A DNA stretch of 64,000 bases, taken from Nibricoccus sp. Its GTDB lineage: Bacteria > Verrucomicrobiota > Verrucomicrobiia > Opitutales > Opitutaceae. Each line of letters begins with the position of its first letter. Position 1 is the stretch's first letter. The translations under genes and the position numbers were made by a program. The stretch covers positions 3,872,001 to 3,936,000 of the forward strand of contig JASGHG010000001.1 of the NCBI GenBank assembly GCA_047602425.1, given 5' to 3'. Positions 39,999 to 56,551 of the stretch are shown piece after piece. The notes below the pieces were generated by a model that saw only the letters and a program-made list of their open reading frames with translations, had not been told where the DNA came from and ran no database searches.

Positions 39999-41147
39999 CT
40001 AGATTCCGAGTTGCGTTTTGTACACGCGAGGGACGCGTTTTGAGACGGAGCACAACGTTTCCCACGGAATCGTGTCGGCCCAGCGGCTGAATTCGGCGAT
40101 GGTAATCTCCGCGTTGCCTTGTTTGCCGAAAAGCACGGCTTGATCGCCGCGGGTGACACCGGGAACGTCCGTTACGTCGACGATAGTTTGATCCATCGTC
40201 ACGCGGCCAAGCACGGGGCAACGGGCGCCGCGAATGATCACTTGGGCTCGATTGCTGGAAGCGCGCAAAATACCGTCGCCATAGCCAGCGGTGAGCACGG
40301 CTATGCGAGTGTCGCGTTTCAACGTGTAGGTGCGTCCGTAGCTGACCGTATTGCCGGCTGGCAAATCTTTCACAAGCCCGACGCGTGTTTTGAAGCTAAA
40401 GACTGGTTCGGTGTGGACCTGCGCGAGAAGTGAGTTGGGGCGGGGCAATACGCCGAATTGGAGCAGGCCAATGCGCACGGCGTTGAACGGCTGCGAACCT
40501 TCCAGCGTTTCGAGGCCAGCGCTGCTGTCCGCATGCACGAAGAGCTGGTCGAGGCGAATGCCCGGGCAGCGTTGCAGTGCGGCGAGAAAACGTCGGCGTT
40601 GTTCGGCGGTGAAGGCAGGATCGTCGTCGGGGCTGCTGAAATGCGTGAATACCCCGGCCAATGTGACGTTTGGCGCGGCGACGATTTCGGCGTAAAGTTT
40701 TTCCGCCTGCTCGTGCCACACCCCGACCCGGCCCATGCCAGTATCGATTTTCAAATGGACGGCGATCGGGCGGCCAACGGACTGGCCGAGCTGGTTGAAA
40801 CGTTGGACCTCGTCACTGGTTGAGACGGTTGCAGTGAGATCGTATTCGGCGACGTAGGCATCTTCCTCGGGCAGGAGAGGGCTGAGCAGCAGGATGGGCC
40901 AGCCTGGACCAATTTCGCGCAGCGCCGCGGCCTCGGCGATATTGGCTACGGCGAAGAGATCGGCACCGGCATGCATGAGGCGTGCGGCGGCCTGCTGCAA
41001 GCCGTGGCCATAGGCGTCGGCTTTCACAACGGCGACGTAACGCATGTGTTTCGGCAATGAGGCGCGGATGAGACGAAGATTGCGCTCAAGGGCGGCGAGA
41101 TCGATTTCGGCCCAGCAGCGGAGCGGCAGACGCGAGAGATTTTGCAT
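39999..41147 (-). CDS. alr: Alanine racemase
   Basis: AVVKADAYGHG, HLKIDTGMGRVG, SYG, GYGDG, GRVTMD. Confidence 0.95.
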   Translation of the reverse strand: MQNLSRLPLRCWAEIDLAALERNLRLIRASLPKHMRYVAVVKADAYGHGLQQAAARLMHAGADLFAVANIAEAAALREIGPGWPILLLSPLLPEEDAYVAEYDLTATVSTSDEVQRFNQLGQSVGRPIAVHLKIDTGMGRVGVWHEQAEKLYAEIVAAPNVTLAGVFTHFSSPDDDPAFTAEQRRRFLAALQRCPGIRLDQLFVHADSSAGLETLEGSQPFNAVRIGLLQFGVLPRPNSLLAQVHTEPVFSFKTRVGLVKDLPAGNTVSYGRTYTLKRDTRIAVLTAGYGDGILRASSNRAQVIIRGARCPVLGRVTMDQTIVDVTDVPGVTRGDQAVLFGKQGNAEITIAEFSRWADTIPWETLCSVSKRVPRVYKTQLGI

Positions 41148-41149
41148 GA

Positions 41150-41824
41150 TCAGGAAGCAGTTGGCGCGCGATGAACCTGCGGCGTCCAAGTTTGGTACAC
41201 GGGTTCTTCGTGCAGAAAGGCGTCGGGTTCGGCCGCAGGAGCGAACAAGTCGATATCGACCAAGGGCGGGAGCAGCGCCTCGAGCGAGTAGGGGACCGTC
41301 TGGAGTTGCGTGGGCGGTGTGGACCACGCGCGGAAACCCTCAGGCGTGAACAACACCCCTGACAATGCCGCCGTGGGAATGCGTTTTAAGGGAGAAATGT
41401 TTCCGGCAGAATCGACGTCGACGTGGTGCCAGGAATCGCGACGGGCATCGGCGACGATTGCGAATTCGCGTTTGTTCTGGATGAGTGCGAGCTGTTGCGC
41501 GACGACCGTGAGTCCGCAAAACGCATAGGCTGGCCGCTTGCGCAGCATGCTCCACGTCCGCAGCGCCACGGCGGCGGTGCGAATGCCGAGGACCGAGCCG
41601 GGACCATCGCAAAAAACAAAAGCGTCGACCGAATCGAGCGACACACCGGAGCGGGTAAGCACGTCATTGACGACGGCGAAAATCTGTTCACCGGCCTCGC
41701 CAGTCTTGGCAGACCAGACGGGCTCGCGGTTTTGTTGCCATACCGCGGCCTGCACGACGGTTGAGGACGAATCGATCAGCAGGATCGTCGGGTGCAGGTC
41801 GAGCAATTGGCGAAGGGACGGCAT
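41150..41824 (-). CDS. tsaB: tRNA t6A biosynthesis protein TsaB
   Basis: LLIDSS, GPGSVLGIR, DARR. Confidence 0.8.
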   Translation of the reverse strand: MPSLRQLLDLHPTILLIDSSSTVVQAAVWQQNREPVWSAKTGEAGEQIFAVVNDVLTRSGVSLDSVDAFVFCDGPGSVLGIRTAAVALRTWSMLRKRPAYAFCGLTVVAQQLALIQNKREFAIVADARRDSWHHVDVDSAGNISPLKRIPTAALSGVLFTPEGFRAWSTPPTQLQTVPYSLEALLPPLVDIDLFAPAAEPDAFLHEEPVYQTWTPQVHRAPTAS

Positions 41825-41983
41825 GGCGCAGGTTTGTGATGTTTGTTATTCATAACGACTCGGGCGGCGAGGGCGAAATGCGGTGTCGTTGGCGCTCTGC
41901 AATCCGGGCTAGCCAGCCGTTAAACCACTTGCCACCCCGCGCGGCGGTTGGTTGGCTCGGCGGTTTCCAAAATTTCATTCCAC

Positions 41984-44752
<2,769 letters not shown>

Positions 44753-44914
44753 CCATTTTTCCGGGCATATTTTCGCGACGTCGTCGCTCGCCAGCGGGCC
44801 GCTGGCACGGCGGACGTGCGAGGATTTGGAAGTTGTTAGCTATTAAATGGTAAAGGCGTGCGTCTTCGCCTCCCAGCTGCACGGCCTATCTTCAGTCGGA
44901 CCGGACAATCTGTC

Positions 44915-44941
44915 TTAAAAATACCTAAGATACGCCGATTA
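44915..44941 (+). promoter_or_regulatory. Possible sigma28-type promoter of the hybrid kinase
   Basis: TTAA-N15-GCCGATTA upstream of ATG 45008. Confidence 0.4.
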
Positions 44942-45007
44942 AACGTAATGGCGCGCCTCTACATCGGGCCGATACATCGGCTTTCGATCAATTGAGGCGC
45001 CCCTTGC

Positions 45008-49144
<4,137 letters not shown>

Positions 49145-49212
49145 GTCCAAATTTTTAGTGTTACTTAAGACATTAAAAAACAAAAAGAAGCGAAAATTAA
49201 CGATTCAATCTT

Positions 49213-49234
49213 TACTTAGGACATGTCCTAAGTA
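49213..49234. promoter_or_regulatory. Perfect 22-bp palindrome upstream of cysH (candidate operator)
   Basis: TACTTAGGACATGTCCTAAGTA; a similar half-site TACTTAAGACAT lies at 49162-49173. Confidence 0.6.
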
Positions 49235-49253
49235 GGTTCAGCGAACCTAATTC

Positions 49254-49973
49254 ATGTCCAATCTTGTTCCTGCGCCTATTTCCACCACGCCCGACCTCGA
49301 AAAAACTTCCGCTGAAGAACGGGTTCGATGGGCGGTGGACACCTACGGCGACGGCTTGGTGCTGACGACCAGTTTTGGCATTCAAGCGGCGGTGATGTTG
49401 CATCTGGTGACGCAAGTTGCGCCGAAGATTCCCGTGATTTTTATCGATACCGGTTACTTGTTCCCGGAAACGTACCGATTCGCGCGCGATCTCACGGCCC
49501 GGCTGAATCTGAATTTGAAGAAATATGTGCCGGCATCGACCGCGGCTGAGCAGGAGGCGCTGTTTGGCAAGGAATGGGAACAGGGCGTGGAAGGACTGAA
49601 ACGCTATAATTTCCTCAACAAAGTCGAACCAATGGACCGCGCCATTCGCGAACTCGGCGCCACGGCCTGGCTGGCGGGCTTGCGACGTTCACAATCGAGC
49701 ACTCGCGAGGCGGTGAAAATTGTTCAACAGCAAAATAAAATCGCCAAAATTCATCCCATTGCCGACTGGGACAACAAGCGCGTGCATCAATATCTCACCA
49801 AATATGAGCTGCCTTATCATCCGTTGTGGGAAGAAGGCTATGTCTCGGTGGGCGACTGGCACAGTACGACCAAGCTACTCGATGGCATGAAGGAAGAAGA
49901 CACGCGCTTTGGCGGCCTCAAACGCGAATGCGGCCTCCACGAAGTTTCCGGCCGCACGGATTTTTCGATTTAG
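49254..49973 (+). CDS. cysH: Phosphoadenosine phosphosulfate (PAPS) reductase
   Basis: [33 protein letters not shown]; lacks the CC/CxxC Fe-S motifs of APS reductases. Confidence 0.92.
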   Translation: MSNLVPAPISTTPDLEKTSAEERVRWAVDTYGDGLVLTTSFGIQAAVMLHLVTQVAPKIPVIFIDTGYLFPETYRFARDLTARLNLNLKKYVPASTAAEQEALFGKEWEQGVEGLKRYNFLNKVEPMDRAIRELGATAWLAGLRRSQSSTREAVKIVQQQNKIAKIHPIADWDNKRVHQYLTKYELPYHPLWEEGYVSVGDWHSTTKLLDGMKEEDTRFGGLKRECGLHEVSGRTDFSI

Positions 49974-52015
49974 GGCGTAAGCTTAAACTGCGGGTGATCT
50001 TCGATGCTCTGCGCGAAGGCGTGTTTGTCGTCCTCCGACAAATGGGCGGGATATTTGGAGCTGCTGCGGCGCCAGCGCGCGAGCCACTCGCTGTCGAGCA
50101 ATTTAGGTCTGGCGGGATGTTCGTTTGCGCCGCTGATCCGGTTGAAGGCCACGGTTGTGCTGGCTTTGGGACCGGTGCCGAGGCCTTCGCCCACGAAGAA
50201 ACCGGTGCTCAGCAGGGCGACACGCACGGCCGTCGCGGCGGAATAAGTGTAGAGCTCCGTCGACTTTGAACCGCAGTGTTGGACGATGCGGGCAAAAACC
50301 TCGGACGTCCAAAGCGCGGAGTCGGTCTTGGCGGAAAACGGATCGTAGAAAATAAGGTCGGGCACGGCCGCTTCTTCCAAGTACTCGAGGAAATCGCCCG
50401 CGAGTAGTTCCCACTGCATCAAGCCGGATGCGTGCGACCAGCGGCCATTGGCAAGAATCGCATGCGGTGCACCGTGTCGCAGATGGAGAAAGTGCGAAGC
50501 GTGGCGGGAGGCGAGTTTGAGCGGATCGAGATCGCATTCGAAACTGACCAGCCGAAGCGGACGCACCGCATCGGGGCCTTTTGCGGCGAGCGTTTGCTCG
50601 AAGCATTGGAGCGCGGCCATAGCATTGGAGGCGGCGCCGAGGCCGACATCCCAGATCACCAATTCGGAACTGTTCTCGCCGGAAGGCTTGAGCAAACGGT
50701 CGGCAAGGTGGGATTGCTCGATGTAGAGCCGGTTGGCTTCGTCGTGCGGGGCGGAAACGGAGTGCATCACTTCACCGGAGCTAACCTGTCGAATGCTGGA
50801 AAATCCCTGGGGCGATGTGATCATTTCATAGTCGCCGAGTTTCCGCCGGGCCGTCGAAGTGCCGCGCGTTTTCTTTGGGTGCAGGCACGGGTTGTCCTCG
50901 TCATTGCGCATGAGTTCGGGCCGTTTGCGTTCGTAGTAGGCGGGAAATTCGTTTCGCAAAATGCTCTCTCGCATCTCGCGCATGAGACGGTGATAAAACG
51001 CGATGTTGTGGGTGGCGAGGAGTTGCCAGGCGAGCATCTCGTCAGCTTTGACTAGGTGGTGAATGTAGCCGCGCGAATGATTGCGGCAGGTATGGCAGTC
51101 GCAGCGGGCATCGAGCGGCTCGTCTTGAAATTTGTAGACGGCGCGACGGAAGTGCATCCGGCCATGCGAAGTAAAGGCGGTGCCACGTTGCGCGAGTTGC
51201 GAGGGGATGATGCAATCGAACATGTCTACACCGCGGTGGACGGCTTCGAGAATGTCGATCGGTGTTCCTACGCCCATCAGATAGCGTGGCAAATGGTGCG
51301 GCAGGTGATCGGTGGCGAGATCGGTGAAACGATAGCGTTCTTCATGCGTTTCTCCGACGGCAAGCCCGCCGATGGCGAGTCCGTCGAACGGTAGTTTGCC
51401 GAGAAAAGCGGCGCTTTTTTTTCGCAACTCCGGATGGCAGGCGCCCTGGACGATGCCGAACAACGCCTGCGGGGAATCGCCACGGGCGCGCAGCGAGCGC
51501 TCGGCCCAGCGATGCGTGAGATGCATGGCGGCCTCGGCTTGTTCATAGGGAGCGGTTGAGGGAATGCACTGATCGAGCACCATCATGATGTCGCTGCCGA
51601 TGGCCTTTTGCATCTCGATGCTGGATTCGGGCGACAGGAGATGAACGGCGCCATCCACGTAACTCTTGAAACGCGCGCCGTCCTCGTTCATCACGCGGTC
51701 GCTGGGCAGGGAAAAAATCTGGAAGCCGCCGGAATCGGTGAGCACGGGTCCATCCCATTTCATAAACCTATGAATACCGCCAAACGCCCTGAACACCTCG
51801 GGACCGGGACGGAGCATCAAGTGATAAGTGTTGGCCAGCAGGACGGTGGAACCGGTGGCCTTGAGGCTTTCAGCGGTTTGTCCCTTGACGGTGGCTTGGG
51901 TGCCGACCGGCATGAAAACAGGGGTTTTGACCTCGCCATGGAGCGTTTGAAAGGTTGCCGCGCGGGCCTTGGAACCAGTGGACGTGTTTTCGAGTTTAAA
52001 GTTGAGACGGGACAT
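49970..52015 (-). CDS. tgt: tRNA-guanine(34) transglycosylase fused to a C-terminal MnmC2/MnmD-like SAM-dependent methyltransferase
   Basis: aa ~1-370: [47 protein letters not shown], Zn site CDCHTC..H. aa ~395-681: [51 protein letters not shown]. Confidence 0.9.
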   Translation of the reverse strand: MSRLNFKLENTSTGSKARAATFQTLHGEVKTPVFMPVGTQATVKGQTAESLKATGSTVLLANTYHLMLRPGPEVFRAFGGIHRFMKWDGPVLTDSGGFQIFSLPSDRVMNEDGARFKSYVDGAVHLLSPESSIEMQKAIGSDIMMVLDQCIPSTAPYEQAEAAMHLTHRWAERSLRARGDSPQALFGIVQGACHPELRKKSAAFLGKLPFDGLAIGGLAVGETHEERYRFTDLATDHLPHHLPRYLMGVGTPIDILEAVHRGVDMFDCIIPSQLAQRGTAFTSHGRMHFRRAVYKFQDEPLDARCDCHTCRNHSRGYIHHLVKADEMLAWQLLATHNIAFYHRLMREMRESILRNEFPAYYERKRPELMRNDEDNPCLHPKKTRGTSTARRKLGDYEMITSPQGFSSIRQVSSGEVMHSVSAPHDEANRLYIEQSHLADRLLKPSGENSSELVIWDVGLGAASNAMAALQCFEQTLAAKGPDAVRPLRLVSFECDLDPLKLASRHASHFLHLRHGAPHAILANGRWSHASGLMQWELLAGDFLEYLEEAAVPDLIFYDPFSAKTDSALWTSEVFARIVQHCGSKSTELYTYSAATAVRVALLSTGFFVGEGLGTGPKASTTVAFNRISGANEHPARPKLLDSEWLARWRRSSSKYPAHLSEDDKHAFAQSIEDHPQFKLTP

Positions 52016-52183
52016 GTTTGACGAGGCGTGTAGTCAGGTGTCGATCCCTGATAAAATAAACGCGTTGGCAGGCTGTTACACGGAGGGCAGTTGGCCAATG
52101 GAAATCTATTTCGTGCTGAAACGGGTTGTCGCCCGCGAGCCGTGCTGGCAGTTTCGTACGTTTACTCACAATGCGTTCCGCCA

Positions 52184-53434
52184 ATGATTTCGATTCCTGA
52201 ATTGCTCGCCCCTGCCGGGGACTGGAAAAGTCTCGACGCCGCGCTCGATGCCGGCGCGGACGCGGTGTATTTTGGTGTGCGTGGCTTCAACATGCGTGCG
52301 GCGGCGAAAAACTTTACGACGCGAGATCTGCCGAAGATCGTTGCGCGCTGTCACAAGCGAAAGGTGCGGGCTTATCTTACGCTCAACGTTGTGGTATTTG
52401 AGCGTGAAATGGTGGCGTTGCAGCGCTTGTTGAAGGCGGCGAAAAAGGCGCAAATCGACGCGGTCATTGGTGCGGATTTCGCGGTACTGGCGGCGGCGCG
52501 AAAACTCGGCCTGCAAGTCCACGCCTCGACCCAGATGTCGGTCGCGAATTCGGCGGCAATTGCATTTCTTCACGGGCTGGGCGTGCGGCGTTTCGTTTTG
52601 GCGAGAGAGTGTTCGATCGAGGACATTCGCAAGATCAAGCAATCCCTGCGAACGGCCCTCGGGAAAAAGGCCGACGCTGTGACGATCGAGGCGTTTGGCC
52701 ATGGCGCGATGTGTGTCTCGATGAGCGGACGTTGTTTCCTATCCAATTTCGAAGGCGGAAAATCCGCCAATCGCGGCGAGTGCTCGCAACAGTGTCGACG
52801 GGAGTATCGCATCGTGGAGACACGTGCCGGTCAGGAATGGACCTTGGGCAAGGACTATATTCTCAGTCCAAAGGACCTTTGCACCCTGCCATTTCTGGAA
52901 AAACTGATCGACGCCGGCGTGGGCTCATTGAAAATCGAGGGTCGAAATCGCGGTCCGGAATATGTTTCGACGGTGGTCGGCGCTTATCGCCGGGCTTTGG
53001 ATTTTTACGCGAAAAATCGAGGCAAACGTGGGTGGTTAAACCAATTCGAAGAGCTAAAAACTTCGCTGGTAAAGGAAGTGGGCGATGTCTACAATCGGGG
53101 CCTCTCATCAGGTTTCTATTGTGGAAAGCCGATCGGCCAGTGGAGCACGAAACCCGACAATGCGTCGCCGATGCGGAAGCGTTTCGTCGGCACCGTGGTG
53201 AATTATTTCAAGAAACCCGCCGTGGCTGAGATTGCAGTGCAAGACGAACCATTTGGCATCGGCGATGAACTTTTCGTCGAAGGCCACACGACCGGCTTTT
53301 TCCGGCAAAAAGTGGAATCGCTTCAGATCGATTCGCAGCCGGTCGACAAAGCCCCCTCAGGCGTTCACGTCGCCCTGCGCGTCACCGAACCAGTCCGTAG
53401 AGGCGACAAGCTCTACGTCATGCGCGCGAAGTAA
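52184..53434 (+). CDS. Peptidase U32-family Fe-S protein (TrhP-like RNA hydroxylation protein)
   Basis: ELLAPAG, GADAVY, HASTQ, HGAMC..SGRC, NRGECSQQCR, SPKDL, LKIEGR; C-terminal beta-barrel. Confidence 0.87.
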   Translation: MISIPELLAPAGDWKSLDAALDAGADAVYFGVRGFNMRAAAKNFTTRDLPKIVARCHKRKVRAYLTLNVVVFEREMVALQRLLKAAKKAQIDAVIGADFAVLAAARKLGLQVHASTQMSVANSAAIAFLHGLGVRRFVLARECSIEDIRKIKQSLRTALGKKADAVTIEAFGHGAMCVSMSGRCFLSNFEGGKSANRGECSQQCRREYRIVETRAGQEWTLGKDYILSPKDLCTLPFLEKLIDAGVGSLKIEGRNRGPEYVSTVVGAYRRALDFYAKNRGKRGWLNQFEELKTSLVKEVGDVYNRGLSSGFYCGKPIGQWSTKPDNASPMRKRFVGTVVNYFKKPAVAEIAVQDEPFGIGDELFVEGHTTGFFRQKVESLQIDSQPVDKAPSGVHVALRVTEPVRRGDKLYVMRAK

Positions 53435-53512
53435 CCACGTTGGCTGATCTCGGCCGTTCCTACCACGGCTCAACATTGGCCTATAGCCCCAGGAGCCCAG
53501 ACCCCGCAGAAA

Positions 53513-53615
53513 GTTTGTCATCTATTAAATGACAACGGGGTTCGGTGCTGCATTTTTACCTGCGAAAAAGATTTTTTGTGACCGAACGTTGGTTGTCATT
53601 TAATAGATGACAAAC
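53513..53615. repeat. Palindrome family copies 3 and 4, forming a 103-bp element with 24-bp perfect terminal inverted repeats
   Basis: GTTTGTCATCTATTAAATGACAAC (53513-53536) is the exact reverse complement of GTTGTCATTTAATAGATGACAAAC (53592-53615). Confidence 0.8.
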
Positions 53616-53696
53616 CCACGTGCGCGGCGGGCATCTTTTTTAAAGGAAGTGCGGCTCGTGATTTTTGATGTTGGCGAAAGTCTCTTCAGCTTCGGT

Positions 53697-54569
53697 CTAG
53701 GCGCGGCGGAACTTTTTTGCGATGGCGGCGATGAAGGCGGGGCTTGTACCGCAGCAACCGCCGATGAAATTAGTGCCGGTGGCGACGACTTCGGCGGCTT
53801 TGTCCGCGAAAAATTCCGGAATCGCCGGATAAACGGTCTGGCCTGCGACGATTTCAGGCAGGCCGGCGTTGGCTTTGATCCAAACGGGCAGGGTGGTTGC
53901 GGCGCGGAGGCGTTTGGCAATGCTCAGATAGCCTTCGATGCCGCGTCCGCAATTCGCGCCGACCGCATCGACTCCCGCTTCGGTGAGTGCGGCGACGGCT
54001 TCTTCGGGCGTGGCGCCCATCATGGTGCGGTCGCGTTGCGCGCCGGAATCGAAGACGAGGCTGGCGATGACGGGCAAGCCAGAGGCTTTCGCGGCGGCAA
54101 TGGCGGCGCGGGTTTCATCGAGATCGGCGAACGTTTCGAGCAGAATCGCGTCGGCACCGGCGGCGGCCAGGGCATTGATTTGTTCGGCGAACGTGGCGCG
54201 CAATTCCTCCTCGGTGGCTTCACCCATCGCGAGCATTTTTCCGGTTGGACCCACGGACGCAAAGACCAGGGCTCGGCCGGCCGCCGCACGCTTGGAAATT
54301 TCCACGCCTGCCTTGTTGATGGCGGCGGTTTTGTCTCCAGCATTGTGATCGGCAAGGCGCATGCGGGTTGCGCCAAAGGTGTTGGTTAGAATCACCTGGC
54401 TGCCCGCGTCGACGTAGGAGCGGGCGACTTTTTCCACTCGGTCCGGATGTGTGAGATTCCAGAGATCCGGACATTCGCCGGCGCCGAGGCCTTGGGCCTG
54501 AAGTTGCGTGCCCCAGGCGCCGTCGGTAATGACTGGGCCGGGAAGGAGTTTGGCGATGAGGGGATGCAT
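53697..54569 (-). CDS. Homocysteine S-methyltransferase family protein (stand-alone Hcy-binding domain)
   Basis: DGAWGT, TNTFG, SVGPTG, GANC, NAGLP, GGCCGT. Confidence 0.9.
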   Translation of the reverse strand: MHPLIAKLLPGPVITDGAWGTQLQAQGLGAGECPDLWNLTHPDRVEKVARSYVDAGSQVILTNTFGATRMRLADHNAGDKTAAINKAGVEISKRAAAGRALVFASVGPTGKMLAMGEATEEELRATFAEQINALAAAGADAILLETFADLDETRAAIAAAKASGLPVIASLVFDSGAQRDRTMMGATPEEAVAALTEAGVDAVGANCGRGIEGYLSIAKRLRAATTLPVWIKANAGLPEIVAGQTVYPAIPEFFADKAAEVVATGTNFIGGCCGTSPAFIAAIAKKFRRA

Positions 54570-54620
54570 GACTATTCGAGACGGAGGAACTTGAGAGGTT
54601 GAGGGGGACGTGGAGGAAAA

Positions 54621-54869
54621 TTATTGGCGCGATTTATTTTGTTTAGCCCGGATGACACAGGCCACAAGCGCGATGCCCGGCGCCCAGACGAGGGCGATAA
54701 AACCGAGGTGGCGCGCACCGGCCACGACATGTGAGAACACGGAATGGTCGCTTCCGAAGAGGGGCCCGAGCAAGGGGAAACTCACGGCGCCGACCAGTGC
54801 GCCACCGCCAACAACGGCGAGCAGCCAAACAATAAAGTAAACAGCCCAATGGCTATCTCGCAGTTTCAT
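54621..54869 (-). CDS. Small hypothetical membrane protein
   Basis: 82 aa with two hydrophobic helices; start overlaps the stop of the upstream gene. Confidence 0.6.
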   Translation of the reverse strand: MKLRDSHWAVYFIVWLLAVVGGGALVGAVSFPLLGPLFGSDHSVFSHVVAGARHLGFIALVWAPGIALVACVIRAKQNKSRQ

Positions 54870-55393
54870 TTTTCGACACGGTATTTCAACAGCAGGGTAT
54901 CGGGCGAAAGATTTTCCCGGGCCAGCAGCTTGAGTTGGGTTGAAGTGCGGCGAGCGAGGAGGGGAATGCCACCGCCGAAAAGAAGCGGTTCCACCGTGAG
55001 CCAGAATTCATCGATGAGAGCGGCCTCCAGAAAAAGGCTGTGGATTTGGGAACCACCCAAGATCGCACAACGTTGAAAACCGCGAGCGTGGAGAGTGGCC
55101 ACGAGTGCAGCGGGTTGGCTGGCGACAAATTCCAGTTTACCCGGCGTGGCATCCCGAACAAAAGCATCGGGCGAACGCGTGACCACGACGCGCAGGCGTT
55201 CCGGCATGAGTGACGCGCGAATCATTTCGCGGGCCGTGCGGTAAGTTTCTCCGCCCATCACGCAGCAATCGAAATCGCGCAGCGCTTCTCGGAACCACGT
55301 ACGATCTGCTTCCGACGCAAAAGCGCTTCCGGGCATGTCGTGCCTGGTGATGAAGCCGTCGAGCGATTGGGCGGCAATGAGCGTGAGACGCAT
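54866..55393 (-). CDS. Dihydrofolate reductase / RibD C-terminal-like protein
   Basis: [39 protein letters not shown]. Confidence 0.85.
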   Translation of the reverse strand: MRLTLIAAQSLDGFITRHDMPGSAFASEADRTWFREALRDFDCCVMGGETYRTAREMIRASLMPERLRVVVTRSPDAFVRDATPGKLEFVASQPAALVATLHARGFQRCAILGGSQIHSLFLEAALIDEFWLTVEPLLFGGGIPLLARRTSTQLKLLARENLSPDTLLLKYRVEK

Positions 55394-55477
55394 AGGTGTG
55401 GTTATGCGTGCTTGGCTCCTGGGCACAAGTCCCCTGTTTTGCTGTCCGAGGGGAACGTTTGCGTTAAATCACGACTT

Positions 55478-55493
55478 TGGCACCCGCAGTGCT
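55478..55493 (+). promoter_or_regulatory. Putative sigma54 promoter of gmd-fcl
   Basis: TGGCACCCGCAGTGCT with GG-N10-GC spacing, 38 nt before the ATG. Confidence 0.45.
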
Positions 55494-55531
55494 TGCGCAA
55501 AGACGGCGGGTTCCACAACGTTTTATATTTC

Positions 55532-56551
55532 ATGAAAAAAGCACTCATCACGGGCATCACTGGACAGGACGGCAGTTATCTCGCGGAACTACTTTTATCC
55601 AAGGGCTACGAGGTTCACGGCGTGATTCGTCGTGCGTCGACGTTCAATACCAGCCGCATCGATCACCTTTATCGCGATCCGCATGTCAACGATGTGCGCC
55701 TTTTCCTGCATTACGGTGACCTTGCCGATTCCGTGCAGATGGTGAAGTTGCTCTATCAACTGCAACCGGATGAAATCTACAATCTCGGCGCCCAATCGCA
55801 TGTGCGTGTTTCCTTCGATGTGCCAGAGTACACGGGCGATGTAGTGGGTCTCGGCGCTCAACGTATTCTTGAGGCCATTCGTGAAGCCGGCCTCGTGGAA
55901 AAATGCCGTTACTACCAAGCTTCCTCTTCCGAAATGTTCGGCAAAGTTCAAGAGGTTCCTCAAACGGAAAAAACGCCTTTCTGGCCCCGTTCGCCCTACG
56001 GCTGCGCTAAAATGTACGCCCACTGGCTCACGGTTAATTATCGCGAGTCTTACAACCTCCACGCGAGCAGCGGTATTCTTTTCAACCACGAGTCTCCCCG
56101 CCGTGGCGAAACATTTGTCACCCGCAAAATCACCCGCGCGGCAACGCGCATCAAGATGGGCCTTCAGGAATCTCTTTACCTCGGCAATCTCGACGCCAAA
56201 CGCGACTGGGGCTACGCCAAGGAATACGTCGAGATGATGTGGGTCATGCTTCAGCAGGACAAACCCGACGATTACGTCGTGGGTACCAACGAAACTCACA
56301 GCGTGAAGGAGTTTTGCCAGGTTGCTTTTGCCCGCGTCGGACTCGACTGGGAAAAGTACGTCAAATACGACCAGCGCTACGAACGTCCGGCTGAAGTGGA
56401 TCTCCTCATCGGCAATCCGGCTAAGGCCAAAAAGCAGCTTGGTTGGGAGCCAAAGGTTCGGTTCAAGGAACTCGTGGAGCTGATGGTCGACCACGATCTT
56501 GAACTCGCCAAACGCGAAGCGAAAATCGCCGCCATCGACGCCAAACCATGA
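55532..56551 (+). CDS. gmd: GDP-mannose 4,6-dehydratase
   Basis: [41 protein letters not shown]. Confidence 0.97.
   Translation: MKKALITGITGQDGSYLAELLLSKGYEVHGVIRRASTFNTSRIDHLYRDPHVNDVRLFLHYGDLADSVQMVKLLYQLQPDEIYNLGAQSHVRVSFDVPEYTGDVVGLGAQRILEAIREAGLVEKCRYYQASSSEMFGKVQEVPQTEKTPFWPRSPYGCAKMYAHWLTVNYRESYNLHASSGILFNHESPRRGETFVTRKITRAATRIKMGLQESLYLGNLDAKRDWGYAKEYVEMMWVMLQQDKPDDYVVGTNETHSVKEFCQVAFARVGLDWEKYVKYDQRYERPAEVDLLIGNPAKAKKQLGWEPKVRFKELVELMVDHDLELAKREAKIAAIDAKP

Noticed and set aside
44773..44821. GC-rich hairpin after valS
   Set aside because: It has no clear U-tract and no second copy, so it cannot be assigned as a terminator or repeat.
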